33,980 bases of DNA from Octopus bimaculoides (GCF_001194135.2 NC_068993.1:35080592-35114571), one strand, 5' to 3'; positions 13,488-27,343 are shown, counted from the stretch's first letter. Numbers and translations: made by a program. The notes: generated from the letters alone by a model not told the origin.

Positions 13488-14085
13488 TCCAGTGGAGTGA
13501 GATGTGATCATTTTCTTCCAGTGCTTGAAAATTATCACATCTCACTCCTCTGGAACTTCACCATTCAAACTGACAGAAAGATAGATGTGAATAGGTCAGA
13601 CATTATATTGAAAGACTTCAAAAAAAAATCATGTCTCCTCATTGATATGGCTGTCACAATCGACATAGATGTATCTTTCCAGACCTACCAAAAACTGAGC
13701 AAGTATAAAGATCTTGAAATAGAAATTGGCATAATGTCGAACCTCAAGACTAAAACAATACCTGTTGTCATAGGTACCCGAGGAATGATAGCAAAAGAGG
13801 CTGATTCCTACCTAGCTCAGATACCAGGAAACCCCCAAATGGCAGAAATTCAAAAGATAGTACTCATTGGAACTGCCCATATCCTACGTAAAATACTGTC
13901 TATGTAATCCCAAATTTTAAAACAAACTCATGATTTTCTTGTTTTCTCAAACATTCTCTGGAACAATACTATGTGCAAACCCAAATATATGATACCCTAG
14001 GCATAACACCAACATAAACTTCTAACATGTTGTGTCTTTAGTTCTCTGGGTAAGACTTGGAATCGACTTGCACAAATACAAAACA
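13488..14085 (+). mobile_element. R4/Dong-clade non-LTR retrotransposon 3' fragment (D1): RLE domain plus 3' UTR
   Basis: ORF 13497..13907: LLWNFTIQTDRKIDVNRSDIIL...LIDMAV...KLSKYKDL...IPVVIG...IQKIVLIGTAHILRK, the PD-(D/E)xK RLE C-terminus typical of R4/Dong. Confidence 0.88.
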
Positions 14086-15490
14086 TTGCTCGAATACAAC
14101 TTGGTCTTCAACTCCGGCATACTTTTCAGAAGAAAATTTGTGATGTTAGGAATATCAACTATCTGCAGGAATTCCACGATTCAAGAATGAGGCACCATAT
14201 CATATACCTTCTTAAATTCAATCCAGCTCACAGACATATTGGCATGATGTTTTGTACAATGTCTCGATAAGCACGTGGTCTTTGGTGCCTTGAAAATCTC
14301 TCCCTACATTCATTTGTTCACTTGGTAAGAGTCCTTCATCTGAAAGAAAAGTATATTCCTTCTCCACAAATATTCCAGTAAGTACCTTCCATATTATATT
14401 CAGGCATGCTCAAAGGTGGTAAATTTCCACAACATTCTCCTAACTTGTAGCTTTCATTACAAGTGTTGTCCATACTGTAACCATCCAAGAAAGAACTGCA
14501 CCACTCTGGACGCATTCATTCAATTGAGTTGCGATTCTTACATGAACCATATTACATATTTTCAACCGAAGGCCATGGATCTCATATGGCCCAGAAGCCT
14601 ACTACTTTGGTACCTTAGTCATTGATACATCACATCGACTGTGTTTATAGAAATATTTATGTCTCTTTCCTCAACTCAGTTCGGTCTTGATGATTTCTAT
14701 CCACTAGACATCATACTGTTTCCCCATATCTCATTGCAGGTCACTTCGATCAAATCAGCGTTAGAAACTGCCTCCTTTCTATCGTTTCCTTCTAAATTGT
14801 GGAAGAATTCTTGATTATTTTGGAACAATCTATACTCCTTGAACTGCTTATTTCTGTTCACATATCTTCTGATTTTTCGATAAAGTCCTTTGTCTTAACT
14901 GTTCATTAATTTATAGTATCCATTCCTACGTAGTTTATATTTCTTGTCTAATCTCTCTTGATCAACATATTTTTCTATTCTTCCATTTTCCTCTAAACCA
15001 TTGCTCAATTTTACATAAACCTTGCCTTGGGTGTAAAATATCATTTTCAATGCGTCCTTTTGCATTAATCTTCTTTGTTATCGGCTGTTGTAACTTGTCT
15101 TAGGCAATTAGCGCATTAACTCGGATAAGATTCATTGTTTGTGTTATGTCCTATCATACTCCCATCAAGTCTTCTCGTATTCATCGAAATTTTACTTCAG
15201 GAGCTTTCATCTAATCCATAAGCTTTCTTCGTAATTCATCATCCAACTGGTTCCCTCCTCTTGTATAACCATCCTTAGCAATACCAGGGTTCAATGAATA
15301 ACTGTTCTCTTCAGCAGCCCAAACAGCCCCGTTATAATTGCCCCGTTTCCATTCTCTATTTTTCTCTCAGCCTACAGTTTCCACTCTAACGATACTTTGT
15401 TGCTCACCTAATTTTAAATGTTCACTTATCCAAGAAAATTCCTCCTCAGTGAACCAAACCTTTCTCCTAATCACCCTCACTTGATTTAGT
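14086..15490 (-). mobile_element. R4/Dong-clade decayed 5'/middle fragment (D2): N-terminal region to RT motif A
   Basis: Hand translation with stops and frameshifts: NQVRVIRRKVWFTEEE...RRYVNRNKQFKEYRLFQNNQEFF...SGPYEIHGLRLK...LLPSEQ...GTKDHVLI...SWIEFKKVYDMVPHS. Confidence 0.8.
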
Positions 15491-17695
<2,205 letters not shown>

Positions 17696-17700
<5 letters not shown>

Positions 17701-17716
17701 GTTATCATCATCATCA

Positions 17717-17754
<38 letters not shown>

Positions 17755-17763
17755 GTTGTTGTT
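17696..17763. repeat. (GTT)(ATC)n(ATT)n(GTT)n compound microsatellite between D4 and D3
   Basis: Directly visible. Confidence 0.95.
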
Positions 17764-17769
17764 CAGTAG

Positions 17770-17940
17770 TTTTATTTTTATAACGTGCTTCCACTTCACT
17801 ACCGAGCGCAGCTCTGTGCGCCTTGGGTATGTGCTGTGGTTTGCTGTAGTGCTCTTATGTTTACTGTATTGAAAGTGTTTTGTGTAGAATGTGTGCAGAA
17901 CCCAGTAGTGCAATTTTCTGTATGTTATATATATTTGTCC
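17770..17940 (-). mobile_element. R4/Dong-clade very short 3' fragment (D4) with 3' UTR and A-tail
   Basis: Minus frame not in the ORF track: TNIYNIQKIALLGSAHILHKTLSIQ* (stop 17861-17863), ~80-bp UTR, A-run near 17770-17779, (AAT)n on both sides. Confidence 0.85.
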
Positions 17941-17960
17941 ATATTATTATTATTATTATA

Positions 17961-18293
17961 TTTTCATATACACAAAACAGATTAGATTGCTGGAAAAGAA
18001 AAAGTCCTATCATCGGGCTACAACATCCTAGCTGTCCCTAATAACAATGTTTTCTGGAATTGTACAAAACTGAATCTTATGCCTATTTCCTCTATCCATT
18101 TGTTCAAATTTTCAGGGATAGTTCCCAATGCACCTATAACGACTAGGATACATTTTATCCACACTTTCCATAGTCTCTGTAATTCAATGGTTAGCTAAGT
18201 ATAATCTCCTGTTCTTGGATGGAGTCCTCCATTCATATTGAATTGCTTCCTAGTACTTATGTCTAGCTATGTTAGTTCAGTTTTTGTCCAATC
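17961..18293 (-). mobile_element. R4/Dong-clade internally deleted copy (D5), part downstream of the mariner
   Basis: DWTKTELT*LDISTRKQFNMNGGLHPR fused to IELQRLWKVWIKCILVVIGALGTIP...FQKTLLLGTARML*, then a short UTR and (AAT)n at 17942-17959. Confidence 0.85.
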
Positions 18294-18295
18294 TA

Positions 18296-19276
18296 TCAGG
18301 TCATCTCATAAGTCCTGTCCGATTTTACCTTTTTTAAAATTGAATGAAATTTAATAGTATTTTAGAATGTCTAATGGAATAAAAAAATTTTATGCCTTTG
18401 TGTTCATTTAAACTAATTAAATATTATTTTACAGAATAATAGAATTAAAATTTCTTTGATTAAAACCCTTTGTAACATCCCAAGAGCATTTGAGACACAT
18501 AATGCTTTATGAGTAAAAAAGGAGAAAATTCTGAAGCCGAAGCGACTCGAAACATACACTCAGTTTATGGGAAAGAATGCTTGAATGAAAGCAGAAGATG
18601 GTTTGCAAACTTCAGAAGTGGAAATTTCAGCCTTGAAGATGAAGATCGAACAGGACGTCCAGTTGAGTTTGATGATAAGCTTCTTGAGGCATTACTTGAA
18701 GAAAATCCTGCATTATCAGTAGAAGAATTGGCAATGAAGCTTAGNNNNNNNNNNGCAAAGGAGTAATTCACTTTGAATTGTTACCACCTAATTCAACAAT
18801 CAATGTTCTCAAGTCTACTGTCAGCAATTAGAGCGTTTGAACCAAGCTTTGAAGAAAAAAAAAGACCCGCTTCAGTGAATCGAAAAGGAGTGATGTTTCA
18901 TCAGGACAATGCGCGACTCAACACTGCAAAGATCACATCACAGAAGATCAAAGAGCTTGGTTGGGAAAAACTTCCTCATTCACCTTATTCTCCCGACCTT
19001 GTTCCTTCAGACTACCATTCGTTTCGTAGTTTACAGAATCATTTGGAGTACATAACTTTTGCAAGCCAGGAGGAGGTCGAAACTAACATTTCAGAGTTCT
19101 TTGCTTTGAAACCAAAAGAGTTTTATATTGATGGGCTTAAAAAGCTTGTAAATAGATGGAAGGAAGTCATAGATAATCAGGGAAAGTACATTGATGGTTA
19201 AATTTTAATTAAATATAACGTTTGATCACTTGTTTTCTTTATTCAAAATTCGGACAGAACTTATAGGATGACCTGG
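18296..19276 (+). mobile_element. mariner (DD34D) DNA transposon, internally deleted
   Basis: ~31-bp imperfect TIRs: tcaggtcatctcataagtcctgtccgatttt (18296-18326) vs aaaattcggacagaacttataggatgacctgg (19245-19276). TA at 18294-18295 and TG (decayed TA) at 19277-19278. Confidence 0.93.
18470..19201 (+). pseudogene. mariner transposase pseudogene
   Basis: HTH part EATRNIHSVYG...RRWFANFRSGNFSLEDEDRTGRP; catalytic part HQDNAR...HSPYSPDLVPSDYH with 34 residues between the second and third Asp. First Asp/WVPHEL region is absent around the 10-N gap (18745-18754); stop and frameshift near the start. Confidence 0.92.
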
Positions 19277-19278
19277 TG

Positions 19279-19427
19279 CAAAAGCCTTTGAGTATCTTAG
19301 TAATGATACTGCCCAAGTATTTCCAGCCTTCACTAGATTCGGGCCATTTAGCTTTGACTTCATTATCTTCCTCACCCTTCTGATATACCCCTTCTCAATT
19401 TTCGTTTTCATTTCTATAGTCAGAAAA
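19279..19427 (-). mobile_element. D5 part upstream of the mariner (RT C-terminal region)
   Basis: EMKTKIEKGYIRRVRKIMKSKLNGPNLVKAGNTWAVSLLRYSKAF from ORF 19226..19462. Confidence 0.85.
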
Positions 19428-19459
19428 AAATCTGCTGCCTTTGTAGCAAAATTTGAAAC

Positions 19460-19514
<55 letters not shown>
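19428..19514 (+). mobile_element. SINE family C 3' tail fragment plus (ATT)n
   Basis: aaatctgctgcctttgtagcaaaatttgaaacc resembles the family C end (reverse complement of 31695-31727), followed by (ATT)n 19461-19514. Confidence 0.65.
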
Positions 19515-19516
<2 letters not shown>

Positions 19517-19612
19517 GAACCCTCCTGATAATCCTTGCTGTCCCTAAGAGACAAACTTTCTGTAAGAGCTCTACCGGGCATTCTATTTCAATCTACTTCA
19601 GCCATTTGCCTA
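19515..19612 (-). mobile_element. R4/Dong-clade RLE C-terminal fragment (D6) running straight into (AAT)n
   Basis: GKWLK*IEIECPVELLQKVCLLGTARIIRRVL followed by aat repeats, with no UTR. Confidence 0.8.
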
Positions 19613-19613
19613 T

Positions 19614-19826
19614 AAGGCGTTGAGCTGGCAGAATCGTTAGCACACCGGGAAAAATGCTTAGCGGCATTTCGTCCGTCATTACGTTCTTAGTTCAAATTCC
19701 GCCGAGATTGATTTTGTCTTTCATCCCTTCGGGGCCGATAAATTAAGTACTAGTCAAGTACTGGGGTCGATGTAATCGATTACTCCCTCCACCCAAATTT
19801 CTGGCTTTGAGCCTATAATAGAAAGG
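19614..19826 (+). mobile_element. tRNA-type SINE family C, full length, (ATT)n tail
   Basis: A-box-like tggcagaatcgttag, B-box GTTCAAATTCC (19690-19700), central ctttcatcccttcggggccgataaattaagtac, tail running into (ATT)n. Confidence 0.85.
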
Positions 19827-19883
19827 ATTATTATTATTATTATTATTATCATTATTATTATTACTAGTATTATTATTATTATT

Positions 19884-20423
19884 GAGTGAGAGAGCAGTGC
19901 ATGCCATCAAACTGACACTGGGGTAAAATATACGAAGCCCAGTATACCCATCATGACTACCCGTCTGATAAGGGTACACCAGGCACATGCATCACAACCA
20001 TATGTGCGCGACATGGTGATCTCATATTAAGATAAACAGCGCATGACCTTGTAGGTGGGGCCCAGTTAGAATTTTTTTCAGGTAGAGTAGTCCATCCCAC
20101 TCAAAAGGTCCCTGAATAAGGTTTGTTTAAGGATGTTGAGCAAAACACCCATGTTTCCCAAGGTGAATTATTCAAACCCCAAAGAATTCCACTCAACACA
20201 TGGCTATGTCGCTCCTCCACTACTTCTGCTCATGATCAGAGATGCACATATTGTCAGGCATCAAGAGACATGCTCAACTGATTAAGGTCAAACAACTGGC
20301 AAGCAAATCTGTGGTATTAAGCAGAATATTTGCTGTAGCCCATCTTTTCATACCAAGACAAAACAATGTACATGATAACACTTCCGATCAATTAAGATGT
20401 GAAGCCATGAGAGGCACTGCCTG
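19884..20423. mobile_element. unclassified 540-bp non-coding element inserted in (ATT)n
   Basis: Sharp boundaries against (ATT)n on both sides, higher GC than the flanks, no recognisable ORF. Confidence 0.55.
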
Positions 20424-20425
20424 AT

Positions 20426-20427
20426 AC

Positions 20428-20481
<54 letters not shown>

Positions 20482-20483
20482 GC

Positions 20484-20517
<34 letters not shown>

Positions 20518-20549
20518 CCTTATTATTATTATTATTATTATTATTATTT
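20426..20549. repeat. (ATT)n microsatellite
   Basis: Directly visible, with two interruptions. Confidence 0.95.
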
Positions 20550-20815
20550 AGACGATGACTAAAGTTTCATATCTATAGTAAATGCTTGTCGTATAGGAAT
20601 CATCAAATATAACTGTTTTAGTCATTTAAAATATTTGTAGCATTAAACTAACTGATGGCTATGCTAATATTATTCTATTATATCTAAATATATCTGTATG
20701 TGCATGTGTGACCGCGCACGCGTGAATATGCGTTTGAGTGTGTGTGTTTGTGTGTGTGTTTGTGTGTGTGTGTTTGTGTGTGTGCTTGTTTGTGTGTGTG
20801 TGTGTGTGTGTGTGT

Positions 20816-21691
20816 NNNNNNNNNNNNNNNNNNNNNNNNNNNNNNNNNNNNNNNNNNNNNNNNNNNNNNNNNNNNNNNNNNNNNNNNNNNNNNNNNNNNN
20901 NNNNNNNNNNNNNNNNNNNNNNNNNNNNNNNNNNNNNNNNNNNNNNNNNNNNNNNNNNNNNNNNNNNNNNNNNNNNNNNNNNNNNNNNNNNNNNNNNNNN
21001 NNNNNNNNNNNNNNNNNNNNNNNNNNNNNNNNNNNNNNNNNNNNNNNNNNNNNNNNNNNNNNNNNNNNNNNNNNNNNNNNNNNNNNNNNNNNNNNNNNNN
21101 NNNNNNNNNNNNNNNNNNNNNNNNNNNNNNNNNNNNNNNNNNNNNNNNNNNNNNNNNNNNNNNNNNNNNNNNNNNNNNNNNNNNNNNNNNNNNNNNNNNN
21201 NNNNNNNNNNNNNNNNNNNNNNNNNNNNNNNNNNNNNNNNNNNNNNNNNNNNNNNNNNNNNNNNNNNNNNNNNNNNNNNNNNNNNNNNNNNNNNNNNNNN
21301 NNNNNNNNNNNNNNNNNNNNNNNNNNNNNNNNNNNNNNNNNNNNNNNNNNNNNNNNNNNNNNNNNNNNNNNNNNNNNNNNNNNNNNNNNNNNNNNNNNNN
21401 NNNNNNNNNNNNNNNNNNNNNNNNNNNNNNNNNNNNNNNNNNNNNNNNNNNNNNNNNNNNNNNNNNNNNNNNNNNNNNNNNNNNNNNNNNNNNNNNNNNN
21501 NNNNNNNNNNNNNNNNNNNNNNNNNNNNNNNNNNNNNNNNNNNNNNNNNNNNNNNNNNNNNNNNNNNNNNNNNNNNNNNNNNNNNNNNNNNNNNNNNNNN
21601 NNNNNNNNNNNNNNNNNNNNNNNNNNNNNNNNNNNNNNNNNNNNNNNNNNNNNNNNNNNNNNNNNNNNNNNNNNNNNNNNNNNNNNNNNNN
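20816..21691. other. assembly gap between (TG)n and (TA)n
   Basis: Run of N. Confidence 1.
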
Positions 21692-21712
21692 NTATATATA
21701 TATATATAATTT

Positions 21713-21763
<51 letters not shown>

Positions 21764-22955
21764 GAGAGAGAGAGAGTGTGTGCGTGTGTTTGATATCTGA
21801 ATATCTGTTACACATACACACCATATTTCCTTGTATATAACCGACAGCAATATTTTCTTAATATATTTATTATCAATCTTTTGCCTCTCAATTGCTAAAT
21901 TTCCAAAGCTTCTATTATTAATATGCTCAAAGATGTGATAGAGAACACTGTTTACCGAAAGTTGTGTTTGCTATACTATATAATACTTCAAATCTTAGGT
22001 CCCAGGGAATTTATTTCAGTGGACAATGTCATGAAGAAAAAGAACAAAATGAAAAGTGAATCAAATAATGATACGTTGCGAAATCTCGTAGCCTATTTTT
22101 CACTTCTACCATTGTAGTCACGAAAATAAATCTTGTTTGTAACATACTTGAAATTATGAAATGTTCTTTCTTCTGCACAGTGTTGGTGTTAAAAGCAAGC
22201 CAACATGATTGCATCCCCAAACACTATATTTACCACGTCCAGCAAGAAATAGCATAGGAATCTCCCCAAATAACATCCTGTTATCATAAGTAAGATAAGA
22301 TATATGAACCAATGCAATCCTTGATATAAAATGCCGTGATGATCACGGGTGGATCGCTTTATAATTCTGCACAAACAGTTTAGGATTTCTAATTTAGCTA
22401 CAAGGCGAATAGAGTTAGATGAAGATGACAGAGGTACGTATAAATATTACAAACTGAACAGTATTTAACACTATATATGTTGTATCCATCCCTATATGTG
22501 TGCTTGTATATCTCTTTATGGGTGTGTGTCTCTCTGGATATGTGTATTTATCTCAGCATGTATGCATCTATCTCTCCTATTATATCTATCGTTCTATGTA
22601 TATATCCGTCTATGACAGTATGTGCCTATCGCTATATGCACCTGTGTATCTATTTCTATATGAATCTCTAAATATCTGTCTATAATATGTATAGACAGAT
22701 ATGTATGTATTATAAAACATATGTATGTATTATATGTATGTATTATAAAACAGTTGTTGAAGCCACGCCATTAAAACATTCATAAATAAACACAATCACA
22801 GTCGAGCTATCCCATCCATTTTTCAGTTTACAGTCAAACACCAATTAAAGATTCTTTACATGATCCCAAGCTTTCTTCCAAAGACAAATCACTTCTGATA
22901 TTTTTAATCCACTGAGAGTCACTTTATGAATTCGTTTGAGCATATGTGTTTATGT

Positions 22956-22987
<32 letters not shown>

Positions 22988-23540
22988 TTGACAGACAGAA
23001 ACAGAATGTGAGAGAGAGAGGGAGAGAAAAGGAGGAGTGAGAAGGGGGTGAAAATGAGACAGAGCGAGAGAGAGAGAGAGAGGAGAGAGAGAGGGGCGTT
23101 GGGAGAGAAAGAGAGTGAAACACTGCGGAAGTGGGAAATAAAGAAAAATTGTATATTTGTAAAGGAAGATAGAGAAATGAAATTGAGAGATATTGGTGAA
23201 TAAGTTATATATCATAAGGAGTTTATCTTGGAATAAAACAGAGAAATGATATTTAAAGACAAATAATTATTGTTTGTTTTGCATGTAAAGAAATATGAGT
23301 CTTTGTGAATAAAAATTTTAGAAGGAAAACAGCTATAATTTGAAGCCGAAGTATATTTAACGTTGTGTGTATGTGCGCGCGTGTGAATATGTGTGCTTGT
23401 GCAGAAGTGCGCGTATTTCCGTATGCCAGTATATGCATGTACACATAATATATATATATATATAAATATATATATGATATGCAAATAATATATACATATA
23501 TATATGTATCTATATATGTATAGGTATATATAAGTATATA

Positions 23541-23599
<59 letters not shown>

Positions 23600-24294
23600 N
23601 NNNNNNNNNNNNNNNNNNNNNNNNNNNNNNNNNNNNNNNNNNNNNNNNNNNNNNNNNNNNNNNNNNNNNNNNNNNNNNNNNNNNNNNNNNNNNNNNNNNN
23701 NNNNNNNNNNNNNNNNNNNNNNNNNNNNNNNNNNNNNNNNNNNNNNNNNNNNNNNNNNNNNNNNNNNNNNNNNNNNNNNNNNNNNNNNNNNNNNNNNNNN
23801 NNNNNNNNNNNNNNNNNNNNNNNNNNNNNNNNNNNNNNNNNNNNNNNNNNNNNNNNNNNNNNNNNNNNNNNNNNNNNNNNNNNNNNNNNNNNNNNNNNNN
23901 NNNNNNNNNNNNNNNNNNNNNNNNNNNNNNNNNNNNNNNNNNNNNNNNNNNNNNNNNNNNNNNNNNNNNNNNNNNNNNNNNNNNNNNNNNNNNNNNNNNN
24001 NNNNNNNNNNNNNNNNNNNNNNNNNNNNNNNNNNNNNNNNNNNNNNNNNNNNNNNNNNNNNNNNNNNNNNNNNNNNNNNNNNNNNNNNNNNNNNNNNNNN
24101 NNNNNNNNNNNNNNNNNNNNNNNNNNNNNNNNNNNNNNNNNNNNNNNNNNNNNNNNNNNNNNNNNNNNNNNNNNNNNNNNNNNNNNNNNNNNNNNNNNNN
24201 NNNNNNNNNNNNNNNNNNNNNNNNNNNNNNNNNNNNNNNNNNNNNNNNNNNNNNNNNNNNNNNNNNNNNNNNNNNNNNNNNNNNNNNNNNNNNN
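23600..24294. other. assembly gap after (TA)n
   Basis: Run of N. Confidence 1.
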
Positions 24295-24299
24295 AAAAC

Positions 24300-24740
24300 G
24301 ATAAGGATGAGTATGAGGAGGAGCGGGAGCAGGAGAAGCAGAGGGAAGAGGGAGGAGGAGGAGTACAATGACTTCGAAGACGACAACGAAGTGGATGGTG
24401 ATGCGGATGATGATGATGATGATGATGATGAGGATGAGGATGACGCTGGTGGTGGTAGTGGTGGTGGTGATGAGGAGGAGGAGGAGGAGGAGGGGAGGAG
24501 GAGGAGGAGGATAATGACGACGACGACGACGATCATGACGATAATGATTGCGATGAGAGTGATTGTGACAAAGGCGACAACAATGATAATGATGATCACA
24601 CTATTACGTCGATCATGATGGTGATGATGATGGTGGTGTTGAGGAGGAGGAGGAGGAGAATAAAAAGAAAAAGATGTTGTGGGAAAGAGTAAGGGGAGGG
24701 AGTAAAATGATAGTGACAATGACTATGGTGGTGGTAATTA
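24300..24740. repeat. purine-rich compound trinucleotide tract (GAG/GAT/GGT/GAC)n
   Basis: Successive triplet arrays. Confidence 0.9.
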
Positions 24741-25350
24741 GAATGAGGTTAACGAACAATGCTGACATCGATTAAAACAACAAAATTAGATAAAGCGATG
24801 TTATTTCCCAGAAGCAACAATAAAGAAAACGAAATTAGATTACAAGGGGAAAAAAATTAAATTTTGAAACTATTTATCTATGTTACACACGTGATATGCA
24901 TATATATATATATATATATATGAGTGTCTGTATAGATGTGTGCACGTTTATCTATATATGATCTAATACACACATTGTGTACACTCACACACACGCATAT
25001 ATTTACAATTTTATGCATATAATAAGTCATCATGTGTACGGTGAGCAGCGAGAATCAAAACAATGACTTGCATATTCATTCTTAACACGTTCCGGAAGAC
25101 TCGAACGCGAATATGCTAGTCGCTGTTTTGTGGAGAATTTATTCTCCAATGACGAGACACAACAGTGATTAGCACATTTACATTCAAATCTGCCTGAACG
25201 TATTAAGAATCAATATGTAATCCATCGTTTATACATACATGTGTGTCTGTTTGTGTTTGAGAGAGAGAGTATAGATTCATATATATATGTTTGTATATAT
25301 GTATGTATGTATGTATGTATGTGTGTGTGTGTGTGTGTGTGTATGTGTGT

Positions 25351-25534
25351 GTATGGCTGTGTGGTAAGAAGTTTGCTTCCCAACCACATGGTCCAAGGGT
25401 TAGTTCCATTGCATAACACCTTGGGCAGGTGTCCTGAACTATACCTTCGGGCTGACCAAATCCTTATGAATGGATTTGTTAGACAGAAACTGAAAGGAAC
25501 CCGTCGTATATATATATATATATATATACATACA

Positions 25535-25608
<74 letters not shown>

Positions 25609-25820
25609 TGTCTGTGTTTGTTTACCACCACCTCTTGACAATCGGTGTCGGTGTGTTTACGTCCGCCTAACCTAGTGGTTCGGCAAGACAGAATGATAGA
25701 ATAAATACCAAGCTTAAAAAGACAATAAGTACTGGGGTCGATTAGTTCGACTAAAATTGTGCAAGGCCGTGCCTCAGCATGGCCGCAGTCTAACGACTGA
25801 AACGAGTAAGAAATAAAAGA
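25351..25820 (+). mobile_element. SINE family A, full length, with long internal (TA)n(TG)n
   Basis: tggctgtgtggtaag head, caccttgggcaggtgtc core, microsatellite 25507-25620, aagtactggggtcgat module, tail aagaaataaaaga. Confidence 0.9.
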
Positions 25821-26186
25821 TACGTCACTCGCTAGTGAATATGAATTGCTAAAATGTACCATGTCTCTAATTGTTTTAGTGATCTAAATAGTCGTAACGA
25901 GACAGAAATAATGTTTGGGTCTTTATACCCTTCACCCAGTGCAACATCGTGGATGCGGCACTTGAAGGGAAGGAGGGTTTATTAAAACCAATCACTTTAG
26001 AATTTCTGAAGGAAAGCATGTAGAATACGAGAATGAAATATTTTATGAATAAACGGAAAAAGACAATGAAAGAAAACTTTAATGTATGCGCGTGATTATT
26101 CGCTATTTTTCAGGAAATCTCAGGTTAATTATTTAAATTGTTGCTTTTTTTTATATTTGAGAATGAAAATAACCAGAACAAGTCTT

Positions 26187-26512
26187 AATATTGATTTCAA
26201 ATTTTGGCACAAGGCCAGCAATTTCGTAGGGTGTTCAACGGTATTTATTTTATCGAAATGATGAAAGTTAAATCAATCTCGGCCGCATTTGAACTCAAAA
26301 CGTAAAATTCAAAAGAAATGCCGCTAAGCATTTTGTACGTTGAGCTAACAATTCTTGCAGCTCAACACATGAATATCTGTTTCAAATTTTGGCACAGGTT
26401 AGCAATTTCAAGGGAGTGTATAAATTGATTACATAGACCTCAGTACCTGACTAGTTCTTATTTTATCGACCGCGAAAGACGAAGTCGATCTCGGCGGAAT
26501 TTAAACTCAGAA
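26187..26512 (-). mobile_element. two head-to-tail family C SINE copies (26187-26366 and partial 26372-26512)
   Basis: Both start on the plus strand with tttcaaattttggcaca and contain ttttatcga and tttgaactca/tttaaactca, matching the reverse complement of 19614-19826. Confidence 0.8.
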
Positions 26513-26808
26513 CTCGACACCTTAATGTGAAAAATGAAATAACGTAAAAGAAATTAGACAAAATAATTTAGTTAAATAAATTATCTACTTAAAGGAAAGC
26601 CTTACAGCTTTTGACGCGAAGAAGTATGACTAGTTTGCATGAGTTTTCTCTTTTTCTCTTTTAAGCTCCTCGTCTATCTTCATTATATTAATTATTGCTA
26701 TCGTTTTCCTTCTCTTTTATCTAGTGACGTCTTCGTTCACGATGCTGCTTACTTCTAGTCCATTGTAATGTTGTGATTTGAGACATACGCATATACACAC
26801 ATGTAAGC

Positions 26809-26850
<42 letters not shown>

Positions 26851-26853
<3 letters not shown>

Positions 26854-27088
26854 GAATTTACCTCCGTCTGGCTGTTTTTCTCTCTACAAAACGGAAAGTT
26901 GCATTATGGAACAGTCATTTTAACGAGATTTGTTAATTATTTATCACTCGACGAGATACGTCTGCACCACCGGTTACTCCCGAACCAGTTTTTGTGTGTC
27001 CCACAAGAGGAGTCGATGCTAGATGTGTCGAAACAATTGTTGTGATTAATAATATATTCTCGTATATTCCATCTTCTATCTTTCATTT
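26851..27088 (+). other. TA-flanked segment containing a degenerate minimal hammerhead-like motif (possible Penelope-like remnant)
   Basis: cac-AAGAGGA-gtcg...tgtc-GAAA-caattg-TT-gtg at 27002-27044; segment bounded by (TA)n. Confidence 0.35.
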
Positions 27089-27311
27089 GATATATATATA
27101 TATTCGAAACGCCTAGTTTTAGAATAGAGGCAGCTGATGAAGGAATAATTCCAAGTGGCTTGTTTGTTTTCCTATGTGTTCGTTCTGTTGTCTGTAAACA
27201 AAGTCCGTTTTGCTTTTAATGTCCTGTACCCGGATATGTATCTATATATACATGTAGATGTAGGTATGTACATATATGTATGTATACATGCATAAGCTCA
27301 TATATCATTTG

Positions 27312-27343
<32 letters not shown>

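Noticed and set aside
24307-24618. Acidic/Gly-rich protein ORF
   Set aside because: All frames are explained by consecutive triplet microsatellites.
27101-27160. Second hammerhead (GAAAC at 27106, CTGATGA at 27134-27140)
   Set aside because: The cores cannot be folded into a three-way junction: no UH site plus stem I between them, and no GAAA after the ggaa/ttcc hairpin.
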